Source: Bacillota bacterium (GTDB lineage Bacteria; Bacillota; Ch66; Ch109). Taken from it: a stretch of 64,000 bases of DNA. Numbering within the stretch: the first letter of the stretch is position 1; each line of letters starts with the position of its first letter. The notes beneath the pieces were generated by a model. It did not search any database. It saw only the letters and a program-made list of their open reading frames with translations, and was not told the DNA's origin. Below are positions 28,858-38,041 of this stretch, piece after piece. Where the stretch lies: NCBI GenBank assembly GCA_050952625.1, contig JBMNLH010000001.1:1152001-1216000 (forward strand), read 5' to 3'. Made by a program: the position numbers and the translations under genes.

Positions 28858-29562
28858 TTGATTATCGCCGAAAGGAAACCTTTAACTGAGATCTGGCGGT
28901 TGATTGAGTCTTATCGTCAAATATTAGTGGTTGGATGCCGGGGTTGTGTGACAGTCTGTTTGGCTGGCGGAGCGAGGGAGGTTGCTAATCTTGCCAACTT
29001 ATTACATCTAGCAGCGCGTGAGCATGGATATCCGATGACAATTCTGCAACACACGGTCGAGAGGCAATGCGAGTATGAGTTTGTTCAGCCCTTGGCTGCG
29101 TATGGTCAAGAAGATTGTCCGATCGAAGCAGTAGTCTCGTTGGGTTGTGGTATTGGGGTCCAGGCAGTTGCCGAATGTTTGCCTGACATACCAGTATACC
29201 CAGGGCTGAATACCAGCTTTTTGGGGATGCCAGAACGATCTGGCCGCTGGGTCGAACGCTGTCATGCTTGTGGTCAATGCCTACTGGATAAAACCGGGGG
29301 GATTTGTCCCATCGCCCGTTGTGCGAAAAACCTGCTAAACGGACCCTGTGGCGGTTCGCAAGAAGGAAAGTGTGAAATAGGAGGCGGGACAGACTGCGCC
29401 TGGCAATTAATCTATGACAAATTATCTCGACTAAACCAACTAGACCGCCTCAAGGAAATTGCTCTTCCAAAAGATTGGTCAAAGGATCGGGATGGTGGAC
29501 CGCGTCGATTATGTAGAGAAGACTGGGAGGAGGATCATTTCACAGATGAAGTCAGAGAGTAA
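28858..29562 (+). CDS. metV: Methylene-THF reductase Fe-S/Zn subunit MetV
   Basis: GC.GC...C..GG, ERQC, CGIGVQ, CHACGQC, GICPIARCAKNLLNGPCGG...GKCE....CAW. Confidence 0.92.
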   Translation: MIIAERKPLTEIWRLIESYRQILVVGCRGCVTVCLAGGAREVANLANLLHLAAREHGYPMTILQHTVERQCEYEFVQPLAAYGQEDCPIEAVVSLGCGIGVQAVAECLPDIPVYPGLNTSFLGMPERSGRWVERCHACGQCLLDKTGGICPIARCAKNLLNGPCGGSQEGKCEIGGGTDCAWQLIYDKLSRLNQLDRLKEIALPKDWSKDRDGGPRRLCREDWEEDHFTDEVRE

Positions 29563-30463
29563 TCTGGAAAAGGTCTTGCGGGCAGGTCATTTTGCTGTTA
29601 CGACCGAAATTGGGCCTCCTAAAAGCTGTGATGCTGAGGTGGTTCGCCGGCACGGTGAAACTTTACGTGGCTATGCTGATGCCTATAATGTAACCGATAA
29701 CCAAACCGCTATTGTGCGTTTGTCAAGTGTGGCTGCCTGTGCCATTTTAACTGGAATGGGGCTTGAACCAGTGCTGCAAATGACTTGCCGAGATCGAAAT
29801 CGGATTGCCCTGCAATCGGATCTGTTAGGCGCAGCGGCCTTGGGAATCCGCAACGTACTGTGTTTAACCGGTGACCACCAGAGTTTCGGCAATCACCCCG
29901 ACTCCAAAAATGTCTTTGACTTGGATTCCATTCAGTTAATTCATACTGTTCGCCTGATGCGGGATAAGGGGCAATTTTTGTGCGGCGAAGAAATGAAGGT
30001 TAAGCCCCGTCTGTTTATTGGCGGTGTGGTTAATCCGTTTGCCGATCCTTTTGAATTTAGAGTAACCCGGTTAGCCAAAAAAATTGCGGCCGGGGCCGAC
30101 TTTGTTCAAACTCAGGCTATTCTAGATATGCCAAGATTTGAACGATTCATGAAAAAAGTTAGAGAGGTTGGCTTACATGAACAGGTATTTATCCTGGCTG
30201 GTTTAATGCCAATCAAATCGGCGCGGATGGCCAGATACATGCAAAAGAATGTTGCTGGGATGATGGTCTCAGAAGAAATCTGCCAGCGTTTAGAAAGAGC
30301 CGAAGATGTCAAGGCTGAGGCTGTCAAGCTAGTAGTGGAACAGATCGAACAGATCCGACAGATTGAAGGAGTGGCTGGGGTTCATCTAATGGCTGTAGCC
30401 TGGGAAGAAATTATTCCGGCAATTGTGGAGCAGGCTGGCTTATACCCTCGGCCATCTTTATGA
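29546..30463 (+). CDS. metF: Methylene-THF reductase catalytic subunit MetF
   Basis: E.GPPK, NVTDNQ, MTCRDRNRIALQSDLLGA, LTGD, KKIAAGADFVQTQ; ATG 29546 after SD GGAGG. Confidence 0.95.
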   Translation: MKSESNLEKVLRAGHFAVTTEIGPPKSCDAEVVRRHGETLRGYADAYNVTDNQTAIVRLSSVAACAILTGMGLEPVLQMTCRDRNRIALQSDLLGAAALGIRNVLCLTGDHQSFGNHPDSKNVFDLDSIQLIHTVRLMRDKGQFLCGEEMKVKPRLFIGGVVNPFADPFEFRVTRLAKKIAAGADFVQTQAILDMPRFERFMKKVREVGLHEQVFILAGLMPIKSARMARYMQKNVAGMMVSEEICQRLERAEDVKAEAVKLVVEQIEQIRQIEGVAGVHLMAVAWEEIIPAIVEQAGLYPRPSL

Positions 30464-30524
30464 TTTTAATAAATCAGTTAATGACAACCCACAGAAAAGA
30501 GGTGGCGAGGCGTAGCCGTGACCA

Positions 30525-31634
30525 ATGAAATACCCGATAATTATTATTGGCGGAGGAATAGCGGGCATGGCCGCTGCTCTGGAAATAGCCAAAGCCGGCC
30601 TAGAAGTGTTACTTATTGAAAAAAATGAATCATTGGGAGGCCAAGCCGCGGCCTTTGCCTGCATGGCGACGAATCAATGTCAAAAGTGTGGTGCTTGTTT
30701 CGCTCTTCAATTAAAGGCTGAAGTGGCAACCCAACCAAAAATAAAAGTAATGACTAGTTATGAAGTGATTGAGGTTGCGGTTAACGCTCCTACAGTTGAA
30801 AAATCAGATCGGAAAAGCTCGTCAACCCAGTACTTGGTTAAAATGCAACTAGTTACGGGCAAGCCGGATAATTCCAGGACATCGATAGTTGTCTTTAGGA
30901 CAGAAGTAGTTTTAATTGCTTCTGGTTACCAGCCGTTTTCTGCTGAAGTCCGGGGAGAATACGGCTATGGTCGCTATCTTCGGGTTGTTACTAGCTTAGA
31001 CCTTGAACAGGTTTGGCGAAAACATGGAAATCTTAAGTCGGCATATGGTCATTTAAGCCAAGTAGCTTTTATTCAGTGTATTGGTAGTCGGGATCGCAGA
31101 ACGGGCAATCCTTACTGTTCAAAGGTTTGCTGCGGTTATAGTTGGCGAATGGCCCGGCGGATGCAATGGGATTATCCAGAGGTTGAGATTAATATTTTTT
31201 ATATGGATTTCCAAGGGAGCAGATGTGATTTCCTCTCGGATTTAAACCCACGACGTTTAAATAATAAAAAGATATCCTTGGTTAGAAGCATTCCTTCACG
31301 GGCTTATCAACTTCCCGGACAAAAGGTAGTGTTAGATTGGGAAGCAACTGAGTCGGGACAAAAAGCCCAAGCGGAATTTGACCTGGTAGTTCTGTCTGTT
31401 GGGATTGTGGCTAGTGATTTTAATTATAAGCTCAACCAGCAGTTAAACTTTCCGATTGATAAAGGAGGATTTCTCTTGCCGGGGAGCAACTGTCGGGAAA
31501 GGCCTCAAGGCGACTTGCTAGCTGGAGTTTTCTGCGCTGGCACCTGCAGTGGAGCGGCTGATATTTGGACAACGATAATTCAGGGTAAAAGTATAGCGGG
31601 TCAAATAGTGGATTTTTTAAATTCTAACCATTAG
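30525..31634 (+). CDS. Short single-module HdrA-like FAD/Fe-S protein
   Basis: GGGIAG Rossmann motif, C....CQKCGAC, YGYGRY.RV.T, FIQCIGSRD...YCSKVCC, FDLVVLSVG, GVFCAGTC. Confidence 0.85.
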   Translation: MKYPIIIIGGGIAGMAAALEIAKAGLEVLLIEKNESLGGQAAAFACMATNQCQKCGACFALQLKAEVATQPKIKVMTSYEVIEVAVNAPTVEKSDRKSSSTQYLVKMQLVTGKPDNSRTSIVVFRTEVVLIASGYQPFSAEVRGEYGYGRYLRVVTSLDLEQVWRKHGNLKSAYGHLSQVAFIQCIGSRDRRTGNPYCSKVCCGYSWRMARRMQWDYPEVEINIFYMDFQGSRCDFLSDLNPRRLNNKKISLVRSIPSRAYQLPGQKVVLDWEATESGQKAQAEFDLVVLSVGIVASDFNYKLNQQLNFPIDKGGFLLPGSNCRERPQGDLLAGVFCAGTCSGAADIWTTIIQGKSIAGQIVDFLNSNH

Positions 31635-31688
31635 TGTCATTTTTTTACCGCCTGTTGAATAGCAATTAATTGAACAGGTGGTGAAAAT

Positions 31689-32507
31689 ATGAATTGGTTA
31701 ATTGAAGAGTCAATAACCAAGAATCAGACTGAAGCTGAAATTCTCGAAAAAGTTGATTGGCTCATTGCTTATCTTACAGCCAGTGAACTGGCGAATCAAA
31801 CCCAACGAAACCAGGAATTAGAACCTCATGCAATTGAGATTGTGCAAGAAATAATCGAACTTTTTTTAGATAGATTTCCTCAGGCAGAACCATATTTGGA
31901 TATTGCCTTAAACCAACTAGTAAATCAAAAGCTTACAGAACCAGATTTGCTGCTGCAAAACTTAGATCTCTCGGCTAGTCTGGACCGGATAGTTAAAGAG
32001 GGAATCAGGCTATTTAGATTGAATAACCTACTACCGTTTGAACCTGAACCAAATCAGCTTGGTTTGCTTGGTGAAATCACAAAACTAGCTAAACCCTTAG
32101 AATTGAATGAATGGTCGGAGACGAAACACGGCCTTATTGACCAAAATCAGTCGGAATTGTCCCCGATGATCAAAAAAATCGATCAACCCCTGAATTGCGT
32201 TCCAATAGGAGGATCTCGGACTTTGGAACCACTAGAGTGGTCCCTGACTTTGTTATATCCGGAAAGTCCCTTAATTCCCAACTATACTGAGGGAGGAAGG
32301 TCGGTTCAGTGGTATTTGCCGGAACAAAAGCTGGCGGTCGCCCGAAGGCTTGATAAGGACAGTAGTGCAACAAATGACAGAAAGTTTTGGCAACAAAGGG
32401 GAATATCTTTAATCCTCCTGACAGAAGCTGAAATGCAGAATCATCAAGCTGTCCGCCGGCAGATTCGTCGGCAAAAACAGTCAGCTATGGCAGTTGGGAC
32501 TAGATGA
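31689..32507 (+). CDS. Hypothetical protein with a C-terminal degenerate DUF559/Vsr-like nuclease-fold region
   Basis: 272-aa ORF with SD AGGTGG; WYLPEQKLAV...DRKFWQQRGISLILL resembles the DFYxPExKLAIE...GIxLI pattern. Confidence 0.6.
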   Translation: MNWLIEESITKNQTEAEILEKVDWLIAYLTASELANQTQRNQELEPHAIEIVQEIIELFLDRFPQAEPYLDIALNQLVNQKLTEPDLLLQNLDLSASLDRIVKEGIRLFRLNNLLPFEPEPNQLGLLGEITKLAKPLELNEWSETKHGLIDQNQSELSPMIKKIDQPLNCVPIGGSRTLEPLEWSLTLLYPESPLIPNYTEGGRSVQWYLPEQKLAVARRLDKDSSATNDRKFWQQRGISLILLTEAEMQNHQAVRRQIRRQKQSAMAVGTR

Positions 32508-32536
32508 TTGACGCACGCTTTCGGGAATGTTAAAAT
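32508..32536 (+). promoter_or_regulatory. Sigma-A promoter upstream of the T-box
   Basis: TTGACG-N17-TAAAAT with an extended TG. Confidence 0.65.
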
Positions 32537-32600
32537 TACATTCAACATACATTTTAGATTAACGGCTATTAAGATTATACTGTTATTGTTTATACTGATT

Positions 32601-32846
32601 AGGCGATGACCGGAAAAGTAGCTGGAAACCTTCGTTTAGAGAGTCGGTGAGGGTGGGATACCGGCCGGAGGTCCCAGGGAAAGCCGCCCGGTAGCTGTTG
32701 GTCGAAAGGATATGAATCTATCATTGTCTGAGTAGGTCCAACCGGTCCCTCCGTTAAGGGGAATTTGAGGTGGGCATTAGCCAATTAGGGTGGTACCGCG
32801 AGAAAAGGTCTCTCGTCCCTTAGGGGAGAGACCTTTGCTTTATTTT
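32601..32846 (+). ncRNA. T-box riboswitch, probable Ala specifier (GCC)
   Basis: AGTA box, AGAGAG and GGTGGGA distal motifs, specifier loop GAAA-GCC-G (32683-32685), CCGTTA, T-box AATTAGGGTGGTACCGCG (32783-32800), terminator AAAGGTCTCTC/GAGAGACCTTT. Confidence 0.92.
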
Positions 32847-32872
32847 ACATGCAGTAAAGCGCAAGGAGGAGG

Positions 32873-33361
32873 TTGACAGATTTGCGTGAGGTACTTGAAT
32901 TATTGGAAGAAGATGGTCGAATGCGGCCGGAGGAAATCGCTGTTCGATTAGGTCGCGACGTTGACTGGGTAATCAGTACTCTCCGTCAATTAGAAGAAGA
33001 GAAGGTGATCCTGGGATATAAAGCTTTAGTCAATTGGGATCGGGTAGGAGGTAATGGGGTTACCGCGATAATTGACGTGAAAGTTACCCCAGAAAGAGAA
33101 GTCGGCTTTGATAAAGTGGCCGAGCGTATTTATCGGTTTCCCCAGGTCCGAAGTGTTTACCTGATGTCCGGTGCCTATGACCTCTCAGTTGTTATTGAAG
33201 GAAAAACCATGAAAGAAGTAGCTTTTTTCGTTGCCGAAAAATTAGCTACTTTGGAGTTCGTTCAGGGGACGACGACTCATTTCGTTTTAAAAAAGTATAA
33301 ACAAGACGGGGTTGTCTTTGAAGAAAGCGAAAAAGACTTTAGATTGGTGGTGACGCCATGA
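32873..33361 (+). CDS. alaR: Lrp/AsnC-family regulator (AlaR/YugG-like)
   Basis: N-terminal HTH, YLMSGAYDL, TTTHFVLKKYK; lies between a T-box and an aminotransferase. Confidence 0.85.
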   Translation: MTDLREVLELLEEDGRMRPEEIAVRLGRDVDWVISTLRQLEEEKVILGYKALVNWDRVGGNGVTAIIDVKVTPEREVGFDKVAERIYRFPQVRSVYLMSGAYDLSVVIEGKTMKEVAFFVAEKLATLEFVQGTTTHFVLKKYKQDGVVFEESEKDFRLVVTP

Positions 33362-34608
33362 CTGCTTTGAGTTCAAACTTAAAACTTGAAGACCGAATTT
33401 CTGGCGACTCAGTTAGATCCATTCCGGCTGATACCCCGGGCAAGTGGGATCCGGCAAACTGTGTTTCTCAGATCGTGCGGGATATTCCCCCTTCTGGCAT
33501 TCGAAAGTTTTTTGACCTCGTCTCACAGACCAAAGGAGTTATCTCTTTAGGAGTAGGCGAACCGGACTTTGTTACTCCCTGGCATGTTCGAGAAGCTTCG
33601 GTATATTACCTGGAAAAAGGACACACCAGTTATACTTCTAACTGGGGAATGCCCGAACTAAGAGAAGAGATTGTACGTTACCTTTACCGTCGTTTTGGAC
33701 TTAACTATCAACCTAATAATCAAATCCTAGCCACTGTGGGCGTAAGTGAGGCAGTCGATTTAGCCCTGAGAACGGTAATCTGTCGTGGCGACGAGGTATT
33801 AATTCCAGAGCCGTGCTTTGTTTCTTATCGACCATGTGTTGAATTGGCTGGCGGTATCCCCGTGGGAGTACCGACCAAAGCTGAGGATGAATTTAGGCTC
33901 ACCGCAGAAGCTCTTCGGGCTGCCCTTACTCCCAGAAGCAAAGTACTGGTACTTGCGTTTCCCAGTAATCCTACTGGCGCAGTTATGCGGCGGGAACACC
34001 TGGAAGCAATAGCGGAGGTAGTAAGGAAGCATAATCTACTTGTTATTTCTGATGAGATTTACGCCGAACTTACCTATGAAGGCAAACATGTTTCGATCGC
34101 TGGTTTGGAAGGTATGGCAGATCGAGTGATTGTGATGAATGGATTTTCTAAGGCATTTGCGATGACTGGCTGGCGTTTGGGCTATGCTGCTGGACCGGCA
34201 CCAATTATCGAAGCAATGTGTAAAATTCACCAGTATACGATCATGTGTGCACCCACCCAAGCTCAACGAGCCGGTATTGAGGCCTTGCGCAACGGTGAAC
34301 CCGAGATGCAGCGAATGATCCGATCATACGATCAACGGCGTCGGATGATGTATCGCGGCTTACAGAATTTAGGCTTAGAATGTTTTGAGCCACAAGGTGC
34401 TTTTTATGTATTTCCTTCGATAAAAAAGACCGGTCTTTCTAGTGAGGAATTTTCAGAAAGATTGCTAATGGAAGAAAAAGTAGCCGTAGTTCCAGGGAAT
34501 GCCTTTGGCCAATGCGGAGAGGGGTATATTCGTTGCTGCTATGCTGCTTCGGCCCAGGATATTGAACAAGCACTTCAAAGAATAGACCGTTTTATCAATC
34601 GACTTTAA
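33358..34608 (+). CDS. alaT: Class I/II PLP aminotransferase (AlaT/YugH-like)
   Basis: PSGIRKFFD, SLGVGEPDF, PSNPTG, SDEIYAEL, SKAFAMTGWRLGY. Confidence 0.88.
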   Translation: MTALSSNLKLEDRISGDSVRSIPADTPGKWDPANCVSQIVRDIPPSGIRKFFDLVSQTKGVISLGVGEPDFVTPWHVREASVYYLEKGHTSYTSNWGMPELREEIVRYLYRRFGLNYQPNNQILATVGVSEAVDLALRTVICRGDEVLIPEPCFVSYRPCVELAGGIPVGVPTKAEDEFRLTAEALRAALTPRSKVLVLAFPSNPTGAVMRREHLEAIAEVVRKHNLLVISDEIYAELTYEGKHVSIAGLEGMADRVIVMNGFSKAFAMTGWRLGYAAGPAPIIEAMCKIHQYTIMCAPTQAQRAGIEALRNGEPEMQRMIRSYDQRRRMMYRGLQNLGLECFEPQGAFYVFPSIKKTGLSSEEFSERLLMEEKVAVVPGNAFGQCGEGYIRCCYAASAQDIEQALQRIDRFINRL

Positions 34609-34695
34609 AGGTAATGTCAAATATAAAAAATGGAGAAAAAAGTCGAATAGCTTTGAAAACTAGAAGAAAATTCTAAGCAATCCTCTTTTTTGGGG

Positions 34696-34723
34696 GCAGG
34701 ATTTATGTTTCCAAACGTCGAAG
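34696..34723 (+). promoter_or_regulatory. Sigma-H-type promoter
   Basis: GCAGGATTT-N12-GTCGAAG. Confidence 0.65.
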
Positions 34724-34746
34724 TACTAGAATACCGAATAAACTTA

Positions 34747-34776
34747 GAATGGCGGAAAACCGCCATTTTTGGTTTT
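34747..34776 (+). terminator. Intrinsic terminator-like hairpin
   Basis: GAATGGCGG-AAAA-CCGCCATTT followed by TTGGTTTT. Confidence 0.6.
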
Positions 34777-34850
34777 AACAAAATACATCCAGTAAAAGTA
34801 ATTATAACAAACGCTTGGAAACAAATGCTTCCCATGAGGAGGAGAAACAA

Positions 34851-35324
34851 ATGGGTGGTTTTACTTTATCAGAAATGCAGGTTATTAATCAGTATGTCCT
34901 ATTAACTCCTGAAGCCCGAAAGCAACTTCAATCTTATTTAGAATTTCTAGTCGTTCAACAATGTCAGCGCGAGTTGTCAAATCAACTGCTGCATAATCAA
35001 TGGTTTTATAATAATCTATTAGGTCTTCAACGTCTTTCGGAAACCTCAGATAACTATTGCCATGAAGTGATGGACAGGGTGCACCGGATTAGGAGTATTT
35101 GTCAGGGGGTTTTCGAACACCTCTTTGATAAATATTCACCGGTTTTAAATAGTTGTGCGGTTTTTGACGGTGTTTTAGACTGGATTCTTATCGGACTGAA
35201 TAACATCACTGAGGCCGCCTGTTCTGGGAATTCAGAACGAACCCGGAAAGAAATCATTGATCTTATAGAAGTTCATAAAACCTTAACCCGGAGCCATCCG
35301 AAGACCAGAGTTCGGGCTATCTGA
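34851..35324 (+). CDS. Hypothetical helical protein
   Basis: ATG 34851 after strong SD GAGGAGG; no family recognised. Confidence 0.7.
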   Translation: MGGFTLSEMQVINQYVLLTPEARKQLQSYLEFLVVQQCQRELSNQLLHNQWFYNNLLGLQRLSETSDNYCHEVMDRVHRIRSICQGVFEHLFDKYSPVLNSCAVFDGVLDWILIGLNNITEAACSGNSERTRKEIIDLIEVHKTLTRSHPKTRVRAI

Positions 35325-35367
35325 AATTAACGGGGACAAACTGGGGCAAATTTAAGGGGGTACAATT

Positions 35368-36975
35368 GTGAAAATTCAGTTCTTGGGAGCTGCTCGGACC
35401 GTTACTGGGTCTTGCTTTTTGTTGGAAACTAAGCAGTCAAAGTTTTTAGTAGATTGCGGGATGTTTCAGGGTTCTAAAGCCTTAAAAGAACGAAATTATG
35501 GTAGTTTCACGTTCGACCCAACCCAAATAGATTTCGTGCTTTTGAGTCATGCTCACATTGATCATTCCGGGATGATCCCCAAACTATACCGTCACGGATT
35601 TCGAGGACCAATTTATAGTACAGCGGCTACAGCCGATTTATGTGAAGTCATGTTGCCGGACAGTGCCCATATTCAGGAGATGGAGGTTGAACGGAAAAAT
35701 CGCAAATTTAGTCGCGCCGGTAAACCACTGATCACACCCATCTATACAACTGAAGATGCTGAGGGATGTGTCAAATTGTTTAGCCGGGCCAGTTATGGTG
35801 AGACCCTAACAATATCTCCCGAAATTACGGTGCGCTTTCAGGATGCGGGACACATTCTAGGTTCATCCTTAATCGAAATCTGGATCAACGAGGACGGTCA
35901 AGAGACTAAACTAGTCTTTAGTGGTGATGTGGGTAATTATAACCGACCATTAATGAAGGACCCAACAATAATTGAAAGTGCTGACTACCTGTTTCTAGAG
36001 TCAACTTACGGTGACCGGCAGCACCAAACGATTGCCAATACCAAAGAACAATTCCGGGATATTATTGTACGGACTATTGGTCGTAAAGGCAATGTGATTA
36101 TCCCGGCTTTCGCCGTTGAACGAACCCAAGATCTGATCTATACCCTGGGTTTGCTGGTTCGAGAAAAGGCGATTCCTCCGGTGCCGATTATCATTGATAG
36201 TCCACTGGCCATCCGCACGACTGAAATTTTTCGGCGACATCTGAAGGATATGGATTCAGAAACCCAGGATTTGCTGAAAGACGGGCATAACCCATTTGAA
36301 ATCCCTGGTTTAAGATACTCAATGACCGCGGATGAATCGCGGGCTTTAAACACTCTAAAAGGCGGGGCAATAATTATTTCGGCTAGCGGCATGGCCGACG
36401 CCGGCCGAATCAAACATCATTTGAAACATAATCTGTGGCGTCCAGAATCATCAGTCATCTTTGTGGGCTACCAAGCGGAAGGAACTTTAGGCCGCCGCCT
36501 GCTTAACGGAGAGAAACTGGTTCGTATTCATGGTGAAGAGATTATGACTCGGGCGGAAATTTATAACTTAGATGGATTTTCCGGTCATTCGGATCAAGAA
36601 AACCTTTTACGTTGGATAAAACGATTCCGAGTTGGTCCGGGCTGTATCTTCCTGGTCCATGGCGAGGAGGCTTCTTGTGAGAATTTAGCGCAAAGAATTA
36701 CCCAGGAGACTGGTCTGCGGACCCGGATCCCCTACTGGCTGGAGATAGCTGAACTTCCTCCTATTACTGAAAGAATCGCTGTGCCGGAGATTGAAAAACC
36801 AGTTTCTATTGAAGAAGATCTGTGTCTTCGGGTTGAGCGGGAGTACTTCAAACTGCGTTTAAAAATCAGAGAATTGGTGGAAAAAGGAATTGATGACCAA
36901 AACTACGATTTAGTTCTTAAGCAATTGAGGGAGTTGGAGAAGCAGGTTCATACCTGCTCACTTGTCGGAGCTTAG
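35368..36975 (+). CDS. MBL-fold beta-CASP ribonuclease (YSH1/CPSF-like)
   Basis: GAARTVTGS, SHAHIDHSG, AGHILGS, ESTYG, FSGHSD, VHGE. Confidence 0.93.
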   Translation: MKIQFLGAARTVTGSCFLLETKQSKFLVDCGMFQGSKALKERNYGSFTFDPTQIDFVLLSHAHIDHSGMIPKLYRHGFRGPIYSTAATADLCEVMLPDSAHIQEMEVERKNRKFSRAGKPLITPIYTTEDAEGCVKLFSRASYGETLTISPEITVRFQDAGHILGSSLIEIWINEDGQETKLVFSGDVGNYNRPLMKDPTIIESADYLFLESTYGDRQHQTIANTKEQFRDIIVRTIGRKGNVIIPAFAVERTQDLIYTLGLLVREKAIPPVPIIIDSPLAIRTTEIFRRHLKDMDSETQDLLKDGHNPFEIPGLRYSMTADESRALNTLKGGAIIISASGMADAGRIKHHLKHNLWRPESSVIFVGYQAEGTLGRRLLNGEKLVRIHGEEIMTRAEIYNLDGFSGHSDQENLLRWIKRFRVGPGCIFLVHGEEASCENLAQRITQETGLRTRIPYWLEIAELPPITERIAVPEIEKPVSIEEDLCLRVEREYFKLRLKIRELVEKGIDDQNYDLVLKQLRELEKQVHTCSLVGA

Positions 36976-37202
36976 AAGGATTGACCTGGTATAAGAATAG
37001 AGCTTAGTTTTTGTTTTTCGACTTTTTTGACTCCTGCCTAGCAGTCTATGCGTATACTGTTCAAAAATTAATAATCCTGTTGAATATTGAGGATGCTTTC
37101 ATGGCAAGGACTTAAAAGGTCTTTTAGCTTACTAGGAAAAAACCCAGTCGGGTGATATAATGAGCCAGTGCTATTCTAATCAGGTGAAAGGACTGGTCGG
37201 GT

Positions 37203-38039
37203 TTGGCAAACAGGACCAATTTGATAGCAGAATTTGGCCGGGATTTGCTTGCCCAAGGCTATACCAGTATTCCTAATTTACTTCTTCGTTCTTATCAGAG
37301 TATGGGCATTAACGATCAAGAATTAGTGTTATTACTGCACATAATTTATCTTCAATCAGCTGAAAACAATCGATATCCAACGGTGGAGCACTTTGAGTCG
37401 CTAATGAGTGCGCCACCTTCTACCATAGAAGATTGTTTGAACCAACTTTTGGAGAAAAAAGTCCTAGCAATTGACCAATATTTAGATCCGGTAACCTTGG
37501 AGTATCAACCAGTCTATAACCTAGAAGGTTTGTTTGATAAGCTGGCTGAAGTATGGGCGATCGAAAAGAACAAAGAATATATAGAGCAGCAACAATTGTT
37601 GCAAACTAGACGAGAGAGGAATCAAAGAGCGGTTAATGTTAGGGGAATTAAACAGCTCCCGGTATCAGCCGCCAACACTATCTCAGAAACAGTAGCACGA
37701 GTTTATAAAGTCTTTGAAAGTGAGTTTGGACGGCCCCTAACACCAATGGAAGGCGAATCAATTATCAGTTGGTGTGATCAATTACCGGCTGAACTAGTAA
37801 TTGAAGCTCTTAGAATTTCAGTTATTCAGGGGACCTTCAATTTGCGCTACATCGAACGTATTTTACAGGATTGGCGACAAAAGAATGTTCGTACTTTAAA
37901 TGAGGTCAGGAAATTGGAAGAAAGCTTCGCGGAGAAAAGGGTTTATGCCGGGAGAACACGCAACCGGAGCATCCGTAATGAATCCAAGAATCAATCTCCA
38001 GCTCGAGAAGATAAATATCGGGATCTTTACGTTACTTAG
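37203..38039 (+). CDS. dnaD: DnaD-family replication protein
   Basis: IPNLLL.SY..MG, FESEFGRPLTPME, YIERILQDW (YxxxIxxxW motif). Confidence 0.88.
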   Translation: MANRTNLIAEFGRDLLAQGYTSIPNLLLRSYQSMGINDQELVLLLHIIYLQSAENNRYPTVEHFESLMSAPPSTIEDCLNQLLEKKVLAIDQYLDPVTLEYQPVYNLEGLFDKLAEVWAIEKNKEYIEQQQLLQTRRERNQRAVNVRGIKQLPVSAANTISETVARVYKVFESEFGRPLTPMEGESIISWCDQLPAELVIEALRISVIQGTFNLRYIERILQDWRQKNVRTLNEVRKLEESFAEKRVYAGRTRNRSIRNESKNQSPAREDKYRDLYVT

Positions 38040-38041
38040 GA

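Noticed and set aside
26890-31634. Selenocysteine read-through in the HdrA/MvhD-like genes
   Set aside because: The ORFs are continuous with Cys at the motif positions; no in-frame TGA splits a domain.
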